From NCBI GenBank assembly GCA_021613535.1, contig CP075497.1:9486001-9550000 (forward strand): a stretch of 64,000 nt of DNA, given 5' to 3'. The DNA is from Adineta vaga (Eukaryota > Animalia > Rotifera). Below are positions 59,301-64,000 of the stretch, one piece after another. Position 1 is the stretch's first letter. Every line of letters begins with the position of its first letter. The notes under the pieces are model-generated. The model was not told the DNA's origin and did no database searches. It worked only from the letters and a program-made list of their open reading frames with translations. Position numbers and translations under genes: made by a program.

Positions 59301-61291
59301 CATAGTTTGATAATTATGTATTAAACCAGATTTACAATTTGTATCATTGGAAACTAATGTACAATTGACTAGTTGTATTATACTTCCATTTTTACGTTCA
59401 TAAAAAGGTACTGAAAAAAAATTCATATATTTCATTTGTTGAATTGTATGAGAAATCTTACAATCAACATCTCGTCGTGTTGTGCAACCCGCGACAAGAC
59501 AAAAAACAAGATAAACAAATGAAGTTATGCCAATAGCAACATTTGTCCCAAGTGGAATGGCTTTCGATGGATTCTTGAATAGATAAAACATAAAATTTAA
59601 CTGTTGAAATTCATTAAATTGAAGAATTTATTACTTTTAAATTGCCAGATATATTTGCTCCAGCAAGAATTCCAGTAACTGAAGGAAAGAAAACTCCAAA
59701 AACGTTCTGGAATGTTTCACCATTTGTAAATCTTGGTCCAAAATTTTCTTTCACTATCTTCCCTAAATACATTTGAATACAATTTATTCTTTGCAAAAGA
59801 AACAAATTTTATCAATCTCATACATGAATATCCTTCAAAGCCATGTCGTCGTTTATAAGCTGTCGATGGTAGAAAAGAACCGATAAAAAAGTTTAATAAA
59901 GATGCTGATAATGTTATCAATAATGTTATTTGTAAAATAGTTTCACCACGCATACCAATTAAAGCAACACCTAATAGAAGGGTCATTGTAATCACGCCTA
60001 TATTTAGATTACGAATGAACATATTTATCGAGAAAAATTTCTTTTTTACCAATAATTCGAACGACATTAACAGATTCGCTTTCAACAACAGTACCAAGAA
60101 TTTTCACATTATGCTCCTAAGAAAAAATCTCAATTACATACAACAAAAAGCTTGTTCTTAAAGCTATTTCTTGTACCTTAAGAATATCACGAACTGTTTC
60201 GGCAAAACCAATTGTATACATTGCAGCAGCAACTGCATCTATGATAAAAGATTTCCATTCAAGCATTGATCATTTAAAACAAAAGAATCGTCAATTCTTA
60301 CTAGCAAAAGAAAAAACTAAACCAATAGCACCACCAAATTCTGGGCCAAGACTACGAGATATAAGATAATATGTTCCACCACCTTTAACTTCGCCATTTG
60401 TACAAATAGCACTCATTGATATTGCTGTTATAACTGTAACTGCTGTAGAAACGATAACAATAACACATGCTAATCCAATACCAGCTTGGCCAGTAACCCA
60501 CGATAAGCGAAGAAAAAGCATAACACCAAATATATTCAATACACATCGAATCTGAAGTAAAAAAGTTCAATTTTTCTGTCTTTTTCCTATCGAATATAAT
60601 TAACATACAAGAACACCAACAATCCATCCAAATTTAACAACTTGAACGTTTGGTTTTGTATCAATTTGTGATGGTTGATCCATTGGTGGTACTAATGTAC
60701 TTATCATCTCACTATTTAAATCAATCGTCGATCCTAATCGAAGTCTTGATGAATTATTAGTTGTTTCATGTAATGCTTCAAGTGTTGGTCGAGTTTTTGA
60801 TTCTGGTGATGTGATTGAAAATAAATTTCGATAATGATCAACATGTGGTAAAGCATCAATAGTATCATAGTCACATGTTTCTTTATGTTGATCATTAAAT
60901 GATGTAGGATTCAAGGTGATATTTGTTGCCAGTGGAGCTATACCGGATGCTGTACTACTATGTTCACTATCGTCATCTCCAATCAAAATTTTGATTTTTT
61001 TATGATTTGGAATAGCTGAAGGTTGAACAGTTGATGATAAACCTAATAAAGAAAAACACACACACACACATACAGTTAAATGATTCTTCTCTTATTGTTA
61101 GTTTTGTTTCGTAACATACTATTTGGAATACTAGTAGCTTTTCCCAATGATGATTCTGTATTCGTATCATTATGAGACACTTTAGCTACTTGAAAGCGAG
61201 CACTACTAACTGATCGACCCATTCCTGCATTTGTATTCTCATTATTTGTATTTGAAGTAATCTCATTTTGAGAATTATTTGCATCAGACAT
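56328..61291 (-). CDS. Cation-chloride cotransporter, NKCC/NCC subfamily (SLC12A1/2/3-like); multi-exon
   Basis: RFQV motif, [96 protein letters not shown]. Confidence 0.95.
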
Positions 61292-64000
61292 TATTGATGT
61301 TTTGTAATCATCTAAAAGCAAAGAGAGAAATAGAAAAAAAAGGATAGAATGATTCACGAAATGACATATAATACTATTGTATTAAGAAAAGACAGATTAA
61401 AATTAGACGATTTTTGTATTCATTGATAAGGAAAGACCCAATTGTTTCTCCTTCTTCTTCTTCTTCTTCTTCTTTTCTAGTTACTTAATAAAAGAAAAAA
61501 AGAATACAATATTTTCTGCTTCTTCTTCTTCTGTCACTGTAGAGCATACTATTTTGACAAGCATCAAAAATTAGTATGCACTCCATGTTTTAGTCAAAAA
61601 TCAGCGGGTAGTCATGATTATTAATGTTATTTGTCTGAGAAAAGAAAACATTTCTCTATTTCTTTTCTTTTACTTTTGAAATTGATTTTGTTCTTCGTTT
61701 TTTCATATGATAATCTAAAACAAATGAATTCAATCGATTCCGTATGTAGAATTCGAAAAAAAATGTTTGTTTATCTGACTCGACTATACGGACAAATGTA
61801 ATATGAGAATATCGAATACAATTGAAACTAAGAAAGTTTCTTGTTAAAAGAAATGGAATTATTCCGAATGAAAACAAAAGCTTTTGAGACAAAAAGAAGA
61901 AAACAGCATCCTGCTAATACAAGAAAAATAGTCTTGTCAATTAATTTAACAATCTAGTAAATTGATTCTTTAGGAATAAACAAAATAACAATAGATAAGA
62001 GGACAAGTAGATTAAATTAGAATGACGTTTTTATAGAACTAATAATATGACATGTTGTGAATGAGACAGATTATACGTAAACGGAAGTAAATGACCTTTC
62101 CAGATAATAAAAATGTTCTCATCAAGAAAACTGACGTGCATGTATGCTCGTGTTTTATATCTATAACTTCCATTTTTTCTCACTTTGAACAACAAAGTAA
62201 TAGTGCAAAAGAAAATAATTTTTTCTATTCTTACTTTAATGACAGTTTTTAATCGATAAGTGTTATAATGAAGAAAAAAGAAAAGGAATACCTGCCTTAT
62301 GAAACTTTAAAAACTCAAGTAAATACTTTATACCTTTCCTCAATGTTATCAATAACTAGAATGGAAAAGAAGAGAACGAAGGAATACATTATTATATTTG
62401 CTTCAAACAGAAAATCATCCTGCATTCAAATAGTCAATGAATAATCATATATGGTTCATTGGATATTCTCGTCCTATTTACACCTGAGAAACTCACTCGA
62501 CTGACTAGACTCATTGTAATCACTGAGTTTTACAGACGAACACAAAGAGAGACACAGAGACATGCACACACACATAAGGGAAAAGAATCGCAGTATAGAA
62601 TGCAGCAACTTGCAGAACGAAGAAAAAAAAGCAAAAAGAGTCCATGTTGTATTCTTGTGCAATTTGTCGTTACTCTCCCTCTCGCTCTCTATTCTTAGTT
62701 GTCGAACACATAGTATAGAGAAAACTTTATATACACGCATATTCTATCAGCATGTTCAAGTACTCAAAAGAAAAATAGAAAGAACAGAGAAAAAATGGCA
62801 TTGTTTCAAACACAGAAACTTAATTTATTTAATAATAGTTTATATTTGAATAGTACAGTAAATAAAACTTTCGATTGCATAGCAATCTTTCATTTTGAAC
62901 ATCAAAAAAGAAAAAGAGAAAAAAGAAAAATGATTGATTATTTTTACTATATATAAATAAAAAAATGTCTAAGATTCAACTTACTCTTTTCAGATATTCA
63001 AAATCAATTGAAGTTTAAATCAACAAAAAAGAAACCAGTATGGGCTTTTAGTTCAAATCTTTTTCTTTAACATTGATTGTTTATTTCTACACAGTAGTAC
63101 TCAAATAACTAAGTGCTTTTCTATATGTATCTATTGATATAATTCTATCCATGTTATCCAATCTTTTTTCATCAATAGTTACGTTATATTATCTGTTCTA
63201 CATGAATAATTGTAACATGTTGTTATTCTTCTATTCATAAACGATATTGGTTCTGAAATAATCTGATGAATTATTAATTATCTCTGTAGATATGTGACGA
63301 AGAAGAAGAAGAAGCAAAAGAACGAAAGAATACTTATACTCATACACAATATCTTCAAGACGAGTAGCTAAGTTCATATATCCGTATAAACAAACAATAT
63401 TCATATAGTATTATTATTATTATTATTAAGATTATGATTTGTTCTTCTATTCCGAGAAAGTATGTGTTACAGCGTTTATGTAAGCGCTCTCCTAACAGCT
63501 GTCCTTGACATGCGTTGTCAGAACGTACAATTCTATAGTGGCAGCTTGCACAACGATCCTCATACAAAATACGTCAAGATTATTCCGTTTTTGTTCTCTT
63601 TTGCCTTTTGTTGATGTTAAGTAAATTTTACAATCTGCTGCATCTTTATTTTTCATCATTGATGAAAAAGAAAATGAATCATTTTCAAGCAAAATACTGA
63701 TCAATGTTAACAATGACATATTTTTTTACATGATGTTTATGAGAAAAGCTAATACGCTTCAAATGATTTATATCTTCACATAATCGATAATGGGAAAATT
63801 ACGATGTCTCTTCATGATTTAGTATATCTTCAGTTCTTTTCATCTGTTAACTGCCTATGTAATAGAAAACCTATTCATTCGTTAAATAATAATAAAAAAA
63901 GAGAAAAAAAAAGAAAATGTTTGTTGTTAATAATGTCTCTTTTGTTATTTAATGAACTGCTAGGATATAGTGCAGTGCGTACTCTTTTTTGATGACTAAA

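Noticed and set aside
61312-64000. Short ORFs upstream of the SLC12 gene
   Set aside because: Simple-sequence-rich with no recognisable protein; likely 5'-UTR introns or promoter.

Overview
This is AT-rich, gene-dense eukaryotic (animal) DNA with many short GT-AG introns, mostly 45-65 nt. Intron size, CGT/CGA-rich Arg usage, a divergent rhodopsin-type GPCR and several non-animal-looking genes suggest a bdelloid rotifer; this is inference only. About 24 protein-coding genes were reconstructed by hand. Conserved genes: DAPK, PTCD1, WAVE/SCAR, JMJD4, CFAP300, ILF2, EPHX3/4-like, FAM151/menorin, ZC3HC1, VPS29, TMEM199, CRCP/RPC9, NDUFB6, UBA1, AMFR, an NKCC-type SLC12 and two LEM paralogues. Accessory genes: a knottin-like peptide, a GPCR, an ALMT/FUSC-like exporter, a Kunitz protein, an orphan, and a type II EGF-stalk protein. 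Main observations: (1) four same-strand clusters of housekeeping genes with only 56-228 nt between stop and next ATG, each gap carrying a U-rich tract and a splice acceptor, i.e. candidate trans-spliced operons; (2) an EGF-stalk membrane protein tipped with a cyanovirin-N (CVNH)-like module; (3) a dual-donor, dual-frame switch in DAPK that would remove calmodulin control; (4) a convergent membrane-bound/soluble LEM paralogue pair; (5) three small frameshifts that may be assembly errors. No rRNA, tRNA, CRISPR array or intact transposon could be supported.
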